From positions 1 to 62,886 of the forward strand of contig CAXBQV010000001.1 of NCBI GenBank assembly GCA_963978265.1: a DNA stretch of 62,886 nucleotides, written 5' to 3'. The translations under genes and the position numbers were made by a program. The stretch is from an uncultured bacterium. Its GTDB lineage: Bacteria > Actinomycetota > Actinomycetes > S36-B12 > UBA5976. Position 1 is the first letter of the stretch. Each line of letters starts with the position of its first letter. Shown here piece after piece: positions 1 to 10,720 of the stretch. The notes under the pieces were generated by a model. It did no database searches. It saw only the letters and a list, made by a program, of their open reading frames with translations, and was not told the DNA's origin.

Positions 1-64
1 ATGGTCTCGACGAGCGAATCACTTGTGTCGACACCGACGATCATCAGCACGAACAGGAAGAGCA

Positions 65-1534
65 TCATGACTGCGCCATGCGCACCATCGCGCGCTCGTG
101 GTCGAACAGGAACTGCGCGAGCGCTTTCGCCAATTCGGTCTTGCCGACCCCCGTCGGGCCGAGGAAGAGGAACGAGCCGGTCGGACGGTCCGGGTCGGCG
201 ATGCCGGCACGCGCACGACGCACCGCATCGGACACTCGTTGCACCGCAGCGCGTTGCCCGATGATCCGCCTGCCAAGTTCCTCCTCCATACGGAGCAGCT
301 TCGCGGATTCGCCTTCCAGCATGCGGCCCGCCGGAATTCCCGTCCAGGCGCTCACGACTTCGGCGATCTCGTCGGGTCCGACCTGCTCCTTCACCATCGC
401 TTCGCGGCCCTGCGCACCACGTTGTTCGAGCTCTTGTTCCAGCGCCGGGATATCGGCATAGAGCAGGCGCGAGGCCTGCTCGAAATCGCCTTCGCGCTGT
501 GCACGCTCGGCAGCGACGCGGAGGGCGTCGATCCGCTCCTTGATGGAACCGACTTTGTCGAGTTCTTGCTTCTCGGATTCCCAACGCCGCTTCAAATCCG
601 TGAGCTCGACGTCCTTGGCATGCAGTTCCTCGCGCAACTTCGCGAGTCGCTCGACCGATGCACTGTCGGTCTCCCGTTGCAATGCAAGTTCCTCGAGACG
701 GAGTCGATCGACTGCGCGCTGCAGGTCGTCGATCTCGATCGGCGACGAGTCGATCTCCATACGCAGACGCGACGCCGCCTCGTCGACGAGGTCGATTGCC
801 TTGTCCGGCAGGAAGCGGGAGGTGATGTACCGGTCCGAGAGTTGGGCGGCCGCAACGAGTGCCGAGTCGGCGATGGCGACCTTGTGGTGCGCCTCGTACT
901 TCTCCTTCAGCCCGCGGAGGATTCCGATGGTGTCCTCGACACTCGGCTCTCCCACGAGCACCTGTTGGAACCGACGCTCGAGCGCCGGATCCTTCTCGAT
1001 GTGTTCGCGATACTCGTCAAGCGTGGTCGCACCGACGAGGCGAAGTTCGCCGCGGGCGAGCATCGGCTTCAGCATGTTGCCGGCATCCATCGCGCCCTGT
1101 CCGGTCGAGCCCGCACCCACCACCGTGTGCAGCTCGTCGATGAACGTGATGATCTGGCCTTCGCTGTCGCCGATCTCCTTCAACACCTGCTTGAGTCGTT
1201 CCTCGAATTCACCCCGATACACAGCACCGGCAACCATCGATGCGAGGTCGAGCGACACGAGTCGCTTGTCGCGAAGCGACGTCGGAACATCGCCCGCCAC
1301 GATCCGCTGGGCCAGGCCTTCGACGACGGCGGTCTTGCCGACGCCCGGCTCGCCAATGAGTACCGGGTTGTTCTTCGTGCGCCGCGACAGCACCTGCACT
1401 ACACGCCGGATCTCGGAATCACGCCCGATCACCGGATCGAGTTTTCCATCGCGCGCACGCGCTGTGAGATCGATGCTGAACTTCTCGAGCGCGGATTGCT
1501 GCTCTTCGTTGGGTTGCATGTTCGGCGTTGTCAT
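65..1534 (-). CDS. clpB: ClpB-family AAA+ disaggregase, atypical/truncated (489 aa: NBD1 + coiled-coil M-domain + first part of NBD2; no N-domain)
   Basis: ATG at 1534 with AGAGGTG SD just upstream. Motifs: [25 protein letters not shown], Walker A GEPGVGKT, Walker B ITFIDELH, long coiled coil, second Walker A GPTGVGKT. ClpB similarity ends at ...DHERAMVR (nt ~80); TGA at 65-67. The track's 5' extension to 1996 is an Arg-rich shadow over hspR. Confidence 0.8.
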   Translation of the reverse strand: MTTPNMQPNEEQQSALEKFSIDLTARARDGKLDPVIGRDSEIRRVVQVLSRRTKNNPVLIGEPGVGKTAVVEGLAQRIVAGDVPTSLRDKRLVSLDLASMVAGAVYRGEFEERLKQVLKEIGDSEGQIITFIDELHTVVGAGSTGQGAMDAGNMLKPMLARGELRLVGATTLDEYREHIEKDPALERRFQQVLVGEPSVEDTIGILRGLKEKYEAHHKVAIADSALVAAAQLSDRYITSRFLPDKAIDLVDEAASRLRMEIDSSPIEIDDLQRAVDRLRLEELALQRETDSASVERLAKLREELHAKDVELTDLKRRWESEKQELDKVGSIKERIDALRVAAERAQREGDFEQASRLLYADIPALEQELEQRGAQGREAMVKEQVGPDEIAEVVSAWTGIPAGRMLEGESAKLLRMEEELGRRIIGQRAAVQRVSDAVRRARAGIADPDRPTGSFLFLGPTGVGKTELAKALAQFLFDHERAMVRMAQS

Positions 1535-1590
1535 GTCATCACCTCTTGCTCGACGACGTCTTTCCTGTGAGAACGAATTCGTTGATCCGC

Positions 1591-1929
1591 TTATGCCCGC
1601 CGATGTGGTCGCCACACCACAAGGGCCGTTGAATTGGTTTGTTGCGTCAACTCTGCAAGCCGCTGTCGCAACCGCGTGTTCTCGGTCTCGAGCGCGAGGA
1701 TGCGCGCGATGCCGATGAGATTGACCCCTTCGGCGGACAGCGCAGCGATCTCCTGCAGGCGCGCAATATCGCGCAGCGAGTAGTAGCGCGTCTGACCGGC
1801 GGTGCGCATCGGCACGACCAGTCCGAGCCGGTCGTACTGCCGCAACGTCTGCTGGTGCATGCCGGCCATCGTTGCCGCGACACCGATGCCGTAGAGCGGT
1901 GCGTCGTAATCGGGTGTCAGCGCGTCCAT
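1591..1929 (-). CDS. hspR: MerR-family heat-shock repressor HspR
   Basis: 112 aa. N-terminal MerR HTH ([43 protein letters not shown]). Last gene of the dnaK operon; its ATG shares one nt with the dnaJ TAA (TAATG). Confidence 0.9.
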   Translation of the reverse strand: MDALTPDYDAPLYGIGVAATMAGMHQQTLRQYDRLGLVVPMRTAGQTRYYSLRDIARLQEIAALSAEGVNLIGIARILALETENTRLRQRLAELTQQTNSTALVVWRPHRRA

Positions 1930-3056
1930 TACGGCTCCGGCTCGATCCGTGGCGCACGTGCTGCTCGCTGGAGCAGTTCTTCGCGCGGATCCTCACTCTT
2001 CATCGCTTCGGCATACTGCTCGAGGGCTTCCTTTGCCTGCTTACTCAGCTTCTGCGGCACCGCGATCTCGACGGTGACGAGCAGATCACCGGTTCGGCCC
2101 TTCGGAGACGGAACGCCGCGCTCCTTGATGCGGAACGTCTTGCCGTGCGGCGTCGCCGCCGGAATCTTCAACGAGACCGAGCCACCGGTGACGACTGGCA
2201 CCGGCACGGTTGCACCGAGGGTCGCCTCGTCGATGCTGATCGGCACGGTGATCGTGAGGTGGTCGTCCTTGCGCCCGAACACCGGGTGTGGAGTGACTTC
2301 GACGATGACGAACAAGTCGCCTGCCGGGCCGTTGTTGACCCCCGGACCACCACGACCGGGCAGTCGGATACGTGAGCCGTCCTTCACGCCGGCCGGGATC
2401 TTCACCTGCACGGTGCGAGTGGCGTGCACGGCGCCGATGCCACGACAGTCAGGACATGTGTGTTCGATGAACCTGCCGGTGCCGCGGCATTCACGGCACG
2501 GCTCGGACATGGCGAATCCGCCGACGTTGCGCTGCACGTGACCGCTGCCACGGCAGGCCGAGCAGGCGGTCGGGCTCGTGCCCTGTTTCGCTCCACTTCC
2601 GCGGCATTGCGTGCACGTCTGCTCGCCGGTGAGCCGGATCGGTGACGTCACTCCTCGAAGTGCATCGGCGAACGACACGGTGACGCGCGTCTCGAGGTCG
2701 GATCCGCGTTGCGGTCGACGACCTCCACCGCCGAACATGCCGCCGAAGAGATCGCCGAGGTCGATGTTGAAGCCCCCGGGGAATCCGCCGCCGCCCTGGA
2801 ATCCGCCCTGGAATCCGCCCTGCGCGAACATCTCGCGTGCCTCGTCGTATTCGCGCCGCGTCTGGTCGTTGCCAATCACGTCGTATGCCTCGGACACGGC
2901 CTTGAACCGTTCCTCGGCGTTCGGGTTGTTCTGGTTCGCGTCGGGGTGCAACTCCTTGGCGAGTTTGCGGTAGGCCTTCTTGATGTCATCCGCGCTTGCA
3001 TTCTTCGCAACGCCGAGCGTCTTGTAGAAGTCCTTTTCAAGCCACGCCTGCTCCAT
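1929..3056 (-). CDS. dnaJ: Molecular chaperone DnaJ
   Basis: J-domain with HPD (KELHPDANQ), G/F-rich linker, four CxxCxGxG zinc motifs ([32 protein letters not shown]); SD GGGAGGTG upstream. Confidence 0.95.
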   Translation of the reverse strand: MEQAWLEKDFYKTLGVAKNASADDIKKAYRKLAKELHPDANQNNPNAEERFKAVSEAYDVIGNDQTRREYDEAREMFAQGGFQGGFQGGGGFPGGFNIDLGDLFGGMFGGGGRRPQRGSDLETRVTVSFADALRGVTSPIRLTGEQTCTQCRGSGAKQGTSPTACSACRGSGHVQRNVGGFAMSEPCRECRGTGRFIEHTCPDCRGIGAVHATRTVQVKIPAGVKDGSRIRLPGRGGPGVNNGPAGDLFVIVEVTPHPVFGRKDDHLTITVPISIDEATLGATVPVPVVTGGSVSLKIPAATPHGKTFRIKERGVPSPKGRTGDLLVTVEIAVPQKLSKQAKEALEQYAEAMKSEDPREELLQRAARAPRIEPEP

Positions 3057-3091
3057 GGGGTCGCACCTCCCTTCGGCTGCTGATGACCCGC

Positions 3092-3661
3092 CTATTCGGC
3101 GGAACGGTCCTGGACGCCGACGCGCGCCGCACGCAGCACCCGTCCGGCATGTCGGTAGCCGACCTGGTACACCTGCGCGACGACCGTGATCGGTGACACG
3201 CCGGCATCGTCCGCCGCGGTGTGCGTCAACGCTTCATGCACCGCGGGGTCGAACTCCTCACCTACGGAGCCGAAGGTCTCGAGGCCGAATTTGTGTGCAA
3301 CGGCTTCAATGGCTTCGCCGACGGCCTTGAAAGCGCCGGAGAACTCGTTGTGCTCGCGGGCGCGCTGCAGATCGTCGAGGACCGGAAGCAAAGCGCTGAG
3401 CACATCGCCGACCGCATTGTCACGCGCGAGCGAACGATCGCGTTCGACGCGCTTGCGGTAGTTGGAGTACTCGGCCTGCAGGCGCTGGAGGTCCGACGTG
3501 AGTTCAGCGATTGCGATATCAGTGAACGCGGCCGCCTCCTCGGTGGCCTCCGCGGAGGCCGCTGCATCGGCAGCAGCCTCCGGACGGGCTTCACCGGTCT
3601 TCGGGTCGATCTTCCGCTTGTCGTTGACGACGAACGGCTGATCCTCGTGGGACTCGGTCAT
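3092..3661 (-). CDS. grpE: Nucleotide exchange factor GrpE
   Basis: 189 aa with acidic N-terminus and the GrpE C-terminal domain (...HEALTH...VAQVYQVGYRHAGRVLRAARVGV). Starts 2 nt after the dnaK stop. Confidence 0.9.
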   Translation of the reverse strand: MTESHEDQPFVVNDKRKIDPKTGEARPEAAADAAASAEATEEAAAFTDIAIAELTSDLQRLQAEYSNYRKRVERDRSLARDNAVGDVLSALLPVLDDLQRAREHNEFSGAFKAVGEAIEAVAHKFGLETFGSVGEEFDPAVHEALTHTAADDAGVSPITVVAQVYQVGYRHAGRVLRAARVGVQDRSAE

Positions 3662-3663
3662 GA

Positions 3664-5475
<1,812 letters not shown>

Positions 5476-5572
5476 GCTGCACTCCTGTGGTTCGGGGCCG
5501 GACGAGGTGCCCGGCCGCTTGGGACCAGATTGACCCCCACGCCGGAGATCTGTCAAATCCTGACGCAGGGAA

Positions 5573-5593
5573 TATGAGTCGGTGTGACTCAAA
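5573..5593 (-). promoter_or_regulatory. HAIR-type HspR operator (TTTGAGT-N7-ACTCATA on the coding strand)
   Basis: Inverted repeat TGAGT(5575-5579)-N7-ACTCA(5587-5591), about 100 nt upstream of the dnaK ATG. Matches the core of the HAIR consensus CTTGAGT-N7-ACTCAAG; hspR is encoded in the same operon. Confidence 0.6.
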
Positions 5594-5670
5594 TCATGGA
5601 GTACAACGGGTGGTGCCGTCGGCCTATTCCCGGAAACACAAAAGGCCCGCCTGAGCGGACCTTCTGGTGC

Positions 5671-5747
5671 TGGTGGTCAGGGACGGGGTCGAACCGTCGA
5701 CCTTCCACTTTTCAGGCGGACGCTCGTACCAACTGAGCTACCTGACC
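5671..5747 (-). tRNA. tRNA-Phe (anticodon GAA), CCA encoded
   Basis: Hand-folded 77 nt: acceptor GGTCAGG/CCTGACC, D-arm GCTC..GAGC, anticodon stem TCCGC/GTGGA with loop CTGAAAA, T-arm GACGG-TTCGACC-CCGTC, discriminator A + CCA. Confidence 0.9.
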
Positions 5748-5795
5748 TCGCGAGGCGCGAGTCTACGGCTTGACTGCAGAAGCCCCAAAAAGGGG

Positions 5796-5996
5796 CTACT
5801 CGACCTCTGTCGCGCGGGGACGCTCACCCGCCAAGAGCGCTTCAACATCGGCGGCCCGATAGCGACGGTGCCCTCCCAAAGTCCTTACGGATGCAAGCTT
5901 TCCGGCCTGCGCCCAGCGTGTGACCGTCTTCGGGTCGACGCGGAACATCGCCGCCACTTCCCGTGGTGTGAGCAATCGATCCGGATCTTTCGCCAT
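5796..5996 (-). CDS. bldC: BldC-like small MerR/excisionase-type DNA-binding protein
   Basis: 66 aa, LLTPREVAAMFRVDPKTVTRWAQAGKLASVRTLGGHRRYRAADVEALL. Near-identical architecture to Streptomyces BldC. Strong SD (GGGGGAAGGAAG). Confidence 0.85.
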   Translation of the reverse strand: MAKDPDRLLTPREVAAMFRVDPKTVTRWAQAGKLASVRTLGGHRRYRAADVEALLAGERPRATEVE

Positions 5997-6146
5997 GTCG
6001 CTTCCTTCCCCCTTTGCCCAAGTCTGTACCTATGCTCCCCGCTAGGGCTACCCCTATGACAAAACTGACAATCGCCGCCTATTGCCGAACCCGATATCCT
6101 CTGCGGACGTCCAAATCCACGTGCAGAACCGAGGGGGCTGAGCCAT

Positions 6147-6380
6147 ATGGGGCGCGGCCGAGCGAAAGCCAAGCAGACGAAGGTTGCCCGCGAACTCAAG
6201 TACGGCGGACCCGACATGGATCTGGATCGGTTGGCCGCAGAACTCGGCGCAGACCGCAAGCCGTCGCACGACCCCTTCTCCGACGACGTCCCGGACGAGG
6301 AGAAGTACTCCGCTTGGATCGATGAGGAAGACGAGGGCGCAGGGGACGATGAAATCGTTGAGGTCGACGACGAGCGCTAG
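6147..6380 (+). CDS. DUF3073 family protein (actinobacteria-specific)
   Basis: MGRGRAKAKQTKVARELKY N-terminus plus acidic tail is typical of DUF3073; SD GAGGGGG. Its stop overlaps the purM stop (CTAG). Confidence 0.8.
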   Translation: MGRGRAKAKQTKVARELKYGGPDMDLDRLAAELGADRKPSHDPFSDDVPDEEKYSAWIDEEDEGAGDDEIVEVDDER

Positions 6381-7480
6381 GCGCGGTACTCCCCAACAAG
6401 CGTGACCGCTCCCCCGGATCCACCCTTGGCCTCGGCATCCCCATGTTCACCATCGCGGCGTTCACGGACCGTTCCCGCAACCCACGCCTCGATGCCGCGC
6501 AACCCGAGACGCGCGATCGCAACCTCCGCTGAGTCCGGCTCAACGACGGCGAACATCCCGATGCCCTGGTTCAAGGTCTTCTCGATCTCGAGGCGCTCCA
6601 CACCGCCGAGTTCGCGGATGAGCTCGAAGATCGGCTGCGGCTTCCAGGTGGCACGGTCGATGTCGACCGCCGCGTTCCCCGGCAGCACGCGTGCGAGATT
6701 CGCAGCGAGCCCACCACCGGTGACGTGCGAGAACACGTGCACCTCCGCCTCATCCATGAGATCGAGGCAATCGAGGGCGTAGATGCGGGTCGGCTCAAGC
6801 AGTTCCTCACCGAGCGTGCGACCGAGTACATCCACATGCGACGCGAGTGACAGTCCCGCGGCCTTGCCGGCATCGCCGAGGAGCACATACCGGGCAAGTG
6901 AGTAGCCGTTCGAGTGCAGGCCGCTCGACCGCATCGCGATCACGACATCGCCGTGCTGGACGCGTGCTTCGCTGAGCAGTTTGTCAGCCTCAACCACGCC
7001 GGTGCCCGCACCTGCGACGTCGTACTCGTCGGGATCCAGAAGCCCCGGGTGCTCCGCGGTTTCCCCGCCGAGCAGTGCAACGCCTGCGCGACGACACCCT
7101 TCGGCGACACCACTGACGATTGCCGCAATCCGTTCGGGAACGACGTTGCCGCAGGCAATGTAATCGGTCATGAACAACGGCTCCGCGCCGACGACCACGA
7201 GATCATCGACCACCATCGCCACCAGATCGATACCGATGGTGTCATGTTGCTGGAGCGCCTGGGCGATCGCGACCTTGGTGCCCACACCGTCGGTCGATGT
7301 TGCGAGCAGCGGCCGTTTGTATCGGGTGAGCGCGGCTGCATCGAAGAGTCCTGCGAATCCACCGAAGTCACCAAGCGTCTCGGGTCGCTGCGCGGCCTTC
7401 ACCGATGCCTTCATCAAAGCGACGGCGCGCTCGCCCGCTTCTACATCGACGCCGGCAGCCGCGTAGGTGGCCCTATTCAT
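6377..7480 (-). CDS. purM: Phosphoribosylformylglycinamidine cyclo-ligase (AIR synthetase)
   Basis: 367 aa with full-length PurM similarity (YAAAGVDVEAGERAV..., DGVGTK, ...HSNGYSL). Overlaps the purF stop by 8 nt. Confidence 0.95.
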   Translation of the reverse strand: MNRATYAAAGVDVEAGERAVALMKASVKAAQRPETLGDFGGFAGLFDAAALTRYKRPLLATSTDGVGTKVAIAQALQQHDTIGIDLVAMVVDDLVVVGAEPLFMTDYIACGNVVPERIAAIVSGVAEGCRRAGVALLGGETAEHPGLLDPDEYDVAGAGTGVVEADKLLSEARVQHGDVVIAMRSSGLHSNGYSLARYVLLGDAGKAAGLSLASHVDVLGRTLGEELLEPTRIYALDCLDLMDEAEVHVFSHVTGGGLAANLARVLPGNAAVDIDRATWKPQPIFELIRELGGVERLEIEKTLNQGIGMFAVVEPDSAEVAIARLGLRGIEAWVAGTVRERRDGEHGDAEAKGGSGGAVTLVGEYRA

Positions 7481-8963
7481 GGTTCAACCTCACCGGCGTC
7501 TCGAGGGAGTACTTGCCGAGCAATTCCGGTGATGGAAGGTCGATCGGGTAATCGCCGTCGAAGCAGGCGCGGCACAGGTCCTGCTTCGCCTGTCCGGTGG
7601 CACCGATGAGTCCTTCGAGCGAGACATAGCCCAGCGAGTCCGCATTGATCGACTTGCGGATCTCCTCCACCTCGAGTCCAGTGGCGATGAGTTCGGCACG
7701 GGTCGCGAAGTCGATGCCGTAGAAGCACGGCCAGGTGACGGGTGGTGACGAGATGCGGACATGCACCTCGGCAGCGCCAGCTTCACGCAGCATCCGCACG
7801 ATCGCACGTTGCGTGTTGCCGCGCACGATCGAATCGTCGACGACAACGAGTTTCTTGCCCTCGATCACTTCGCGCAAGGGATTGAGTTTCAGTCGGATGC
7901 CGAGCTGGCGGATGGTCTGCGACGGCTGAATGAAGGTTCGACCGACGTAGGCATTCTTCACAAGCCCCTGCGCGAACGGGATGCCTGATCCCTGTGCATA
8001 ACCGACTGCCGCTGGCGTTCCGGACTCCGGCACCGGAATCACGAGATCGGCATCGACGGGATGCTCCTGCGCCAGGACGCGCCCGATCTGTGTGCGCACG
8101 GCATGCACGGTATGACCGTCGAGGATCGTGTCCGGCCGCGCGAGGTAGACGAATTCGAAGAGGCACCCCTTGCGCTGCGGCATCGCGAACTTCTGTGATC
8201 GCAAACCGTTCTCATCGATCGCGAGGAGTTCACCGGGTTCAATGTCTCGGACATATGAAGCGCCAACGATGTCGAGCGCGGCAGTTTCGGACGCAACAAC
8301 CCAACCACGTTCCAGCCGACCGAGTACGAGCGGACGCACACCGTGTGGATCGCGCGCTGCATAGAGCGTGTTGTCGTCCATGAAGACGAGCGAGAACGCG
8401 CCCTTCACGCGCGGGAGTTCGATCATCGCTGAGTCCTCAATACTGCGCGTGGGATGTGCGGCAAGAAGGGCGGTGAGGATCTCGGTGTCCGTCGATACGG
8501 CCGCGACGTCCTCGGTGCCCGGGATGGTGCCGAGTTCGTTGCGGATGTCATCGAGGAATTCGCGGAGCTCGTGCGTATTCACGAGATTGCCGTTGTGGCC
8601 GAGCGCGATGTGCCCCGTTGCCGTGGAGCGGAAGGTCGGCTGCGCGTTCTGCCAGACCGAGGACCCCGTTGTGGAGTACCGGGCATGGCCGACCGCGATG
8701 TGCCCAGTGAGCTGTTCGAGCGTCTGTTCGTCGAACACCTGCGAGACGAGGCCCATGTCCTTGAAGACGAGGATCCGGTTTCCGTCACTCGTGGCGATGC
8801 CGGCGGATTCCTGCCCGCGATGCTGCAGCGCATACAGGCCGTAGTAGGTGAGTTTGGCGACTTCCTCGCCAGGCGCCCAGACGCCGAAGACACCGCAGGC
8901 GTCCTGGGGCCCCTTCTCACCGGGGAGCAACTCATGACTGAGTTGGCCGTCACCGCGCTTCAC
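7473..8963 (-). CDS. purF: Amidophosphoribosyltransferase
   Basis: Propeptide followed by the nucleophile CGVFGVW; PRPP loop VVVDDSIVRGNT; C-terminal Cys ligands typical of Fe-S PurF. Confidence 0.95.
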   Translation of the reverse strand: MKRGDGQLSHELLPGEKGPQDACGVFGVWAPGEEVAKLTYYGLYALQHRGQESAGIATSDGNRILVFKDMGLVSQVFDEQTLEQLTGHIAVGHARYSTTGSSVWQNAQPTFRSTATGHIALGHNGNLVNTHELREFLDDIRNELGTIPGTEDVAAVSTDTEILTALLAAHPTRSIEDSAMIELPRVKGAFSLVFMDDNTLYAARDPHGVRPLVLGRLERGWVVASETAALDIVGASYVRDIEPGELLAIDENGLRSQKFAMPQRKGCLFEFVYLARPDTILDGHTVHAVRTQIGRVLAQEHPVDADLVIPVPESGTPAAVGYAQGSGIPFAQGLVKNAYVGRTFIQPSQTIRQLGIRLKLNPLREVIEGKKLVVVDDSIVRGNTQRAIVRMLREAGAAEVHVRISSPPVTWPCFYGIDFATRAELIATGLEVEEIRKSINADSLGYVSLEGLIGATGQAKQDLCRACFDGDYPIDLPSPELLGKYSLETPVRLNHE

Positions 8964-8994
8964 GTCGTAATCCTAGTCGCGGCCATCGACGGGT

Positions 8995-9813
8995 TCAGAG
9001 CCTGCCCGCACCCCGGGACTCGGCGCCGGACATCCGCTCCGCCAGCCACACCGGCCCAACGAATGCGAGGAGCAGCAGTGCTGCCACGGCATTCACGATC
9101 GGACCCTGGTTCGGCCGGAAGAGGTTGTTGAAGATCCACTGCGGCAGTGTCTGCACACCTGCGCCACTGGTGAACGTGGTGACGACGATCTCATCGAATG
9201 ACAGTGCGAATGCGAGCAGCGCACCTGCAACGAGGGCAGATTGCAATTGGGGCAATGTCACGTAGCGGAAGGTCTGGAACAGCGATGCACCGAGGTCGCT
9301 CGAAGCCTCCTCGAGCGATAGCCCCACACGTCGAAGTCGTGCCGACACATTGTTGAACACCACGACGACGCAGAAGGTGGCATGCCCGAGGACGACGGTG
9401 AAGAGGCCGAGCGAGATTCCGAAGGGTTTGAGCACCGTGGTGAATGACGTATTGAGCGCGATGCCGGTGACGATGCCGGGCAGCGAGATCGGGAGCACGA
9501 CGAGGAAGTTGATCGCGGTACGGCCGAAGAAGTCGTAGCGCACCAACGCGAAGGACAGCGCGGTACCGAGGACGAGTGCGATGCACGTCGCGCCGAGGCC
9601 GGCTTTCACGCTGGACGCAAGTGCGGCGCGAACGCCGTCGTTCTGCAGGGCTGCGGACCACCACCGCAGCGTCCATTCGCTCGGCGGCCAGGAGAAGACC
9701 TGCGACGCGTTGAACGAATTGATGATGACGACGCCGAGCGGAATGTAGATGAAGCCGAGTCCGATCATGACGGCGAGACCGAGCAACCAACGCGCTGTAC
9801 GACTGAGAATCAC
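8995..9813 (-). CDS. ABC transporter permease (PotC-like, polyamine-type importer)
   Basis: 272 aa, 6 predicted TM segments, binding-protein-dependent transport inner-membrane component pattern. 4-nt overlap with the upstream permease gene. Confidence 0.85.
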   Translation of the reverse strand: MILSRTARWLLGLAVMIGLGFIYIPLGVVIINSFNASQVFSWPPSEWTLRWWSAALQNDGVRAALASSVKAGLGATCIALVLGTALSFALVRYDFFGRTAINFLVVLPISLPGIVTGIALNTSFTTVLKPFGISLGLFTVVLGHATFCVVVVFNNVSARLRRVGLSLEEASSDLGASLFQTFRYVTLPQLQSALVAGALLAFALSFDEIVVTTFTSGAGVQTLPQWIFNNLFRPNQGPIVNAVAALLLLAFVGPVWLAERMSGAESRGAGRL

Positions 9814-10595
9814 AGGTTCTCCAGGGCACCGGTCTTGCGCACGGCGGTGAGATACCCGATCACAACGATGATCGGGAACGTCGCTGCGGCGGCCGCAAAC
9901 GGCAAGTTGCCAGCGACGCCGATGTTGTCATAGACGATGTTGGCGAACATCTGCGTGGCACCGCCGACGATCTTCACCATGATGTAGTCGCCGAGCGACA
10001 GTGAGAACGTGAAGATCGAACCGGCGATCAACCCGGGCAGCATGATCGGGAAGATGACGCTGCGGAACGTGCGCCAGGCACCGGCGCCGAGGTCGGCCGA
10101 TGCGTCGAGCAAGGAGTTCGGCAGTCGGTCGAGCGCGGCGTAGATCGGCAGGATCATGTACGGCAGCCAGAGATAGGCGAGCGCGAGCGTGGTAGCCGGG
10201 ATGCCGAGTCCGGGCCCGCGCATGCCGAGCGGCGCAAGCGCCCAGTCGAGCACGCCATTGACGTCGAGCATGATCCGCCAGGCGTAGCCCTTCACGAGGT
10301 AGCCCGCCCACAGCGGCATCGTGGACAGGATGACGACGGCGTACCGCAGTCGGTTCGACCTCGTCACCTTCGCGGCGAAGATCGCGATCGGCAGCGCGAG
10401 CAACGCGTCGATCACGGTCACTGCCACCGCGATGCCGATCGATCGGATCGCCACCGTCCGGTAGACGGAATTACTGAACAGCACCTCGAAGTTGCCGGTA
10501 CCGAACTGCCGGATCACCGCGTTCGTGAACGAGTCGATCCGCCAGAAGGCAGCCACGATCATGAGCGCAAGGGAACCGATATAGAGGATGAGCAA
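9810..10595 (-). CDS. ABC transporter permease (PotB-like); start uncertain
   Basis: 261 aa from TTG at 10595. Homology-like N-terminal residues (RARLASLLATPLAWL) continue upstream in frame but are cut by a TGA with no ATG/GTG/TTG in between (see findings). Confidence 0.8.
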   Translation of the reverse strand: MLILYIGSLALMIVAAFWRIDSFTNAVIRQFGTGNFEVLFSNSVYRTVAIRSIGIAVAVTVIDALLALPIAIFAAKVTRSNRLRYAVVILSTMPLWAGYLVKGYAWRIMLDVNGVLDWALAPLGMRGPGLGIPATTLALAYLWLPYMILPIYAALDRLPNSLLDASADLGAGAWRTFRSVIFPIMLPGLIAGSIFTFSLSLGDYIMVKIVGGATQMFANIVYDNIGVAGNLPFAAAAATFPIIVVIGYLTAVRKTGALENL

Positions 10596-10675
10596 CCAGG
10601 CCAGCGGCGTGGCAAGCAGGCTCGCCAGTCGAGCACGCGGATGCGTGAAGAAGAAACGTCAGATCGCGCGACTGC

Positions 10676-10699
10676 GCCCCGCACCTTTCGGTGCGGGGC
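10676..10699 (-). promoter_or_regulatory. Intercistronic GC-rich stem-loop (10-bp stem, 4-nt loop) after the binding-protein gene
   Basis: gccccgcacc-tttc-ggtgcggggc, perfect complementarity, no U-tract. Lies 22 nt after the SBP stop and ~80 nt before the permease start. This is the classic position for differential mRNA stabilisation or attenuation in ABC operons. Confidence 0.5.
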
Positions 10700-10720
10700 T
10701 GACAGTCGTGCTGGCGGGCA

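Noticed and set aside
1572-1583. Perfect 12-bp palindrome AACGAATTCGTT between hspR and clpB, considered as a second HspR operator or a terminator.
   Set aside because: It does not match the HAIR half-sites (TTGAGT/ACTCAA). It has no loop, so it makes a poor hairpin, and it has no U-tract. A 12-mer containing an EcoRI site could easily arise by chance.
65-1996. Long 5' extensions of many track ORFs (for example clpB to 1996, dnaK to 5592, folD to 28284, uppS to 40022, MMPL to 43365, M23 to 36882, CsoR-like to 55906, Grx-like to 54170, DUF501 to 52055).
   Set aside because: The extensions overlap the upstream gene, are Arg-rich, and lie upstream of internal starts. Those internal starts align with the conserved N-termini of the families and typically form ATGA/GTGA/TGATG coupling with the upstream stop or carry an SD.
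5530-5556. TTGAC-N17-GTCAA inverted repeat upstream of dnaK, considered as a second HAIR copy, together with a TTGACA/TCAATC promoter.
   Set aside because: The spacing (17 nt) and half-sites differ from HAIR. The putative -10 (TCAATC) does not fit TANNNT. I cannot support a promoter call from sequence alone.
5671-5996. tRNA-Phe followed by an excisionase-like small HTH gene, considered as an integrative-element attachment site.
   Set aside because: The small gene is a BldC orthologue, a conserved developmental regulator rather than a phage Xis. No integrase, repeat of the tRNA 3' end, or foreign-looking genes follow; the neighbours are core genes (DUF3073, purM).
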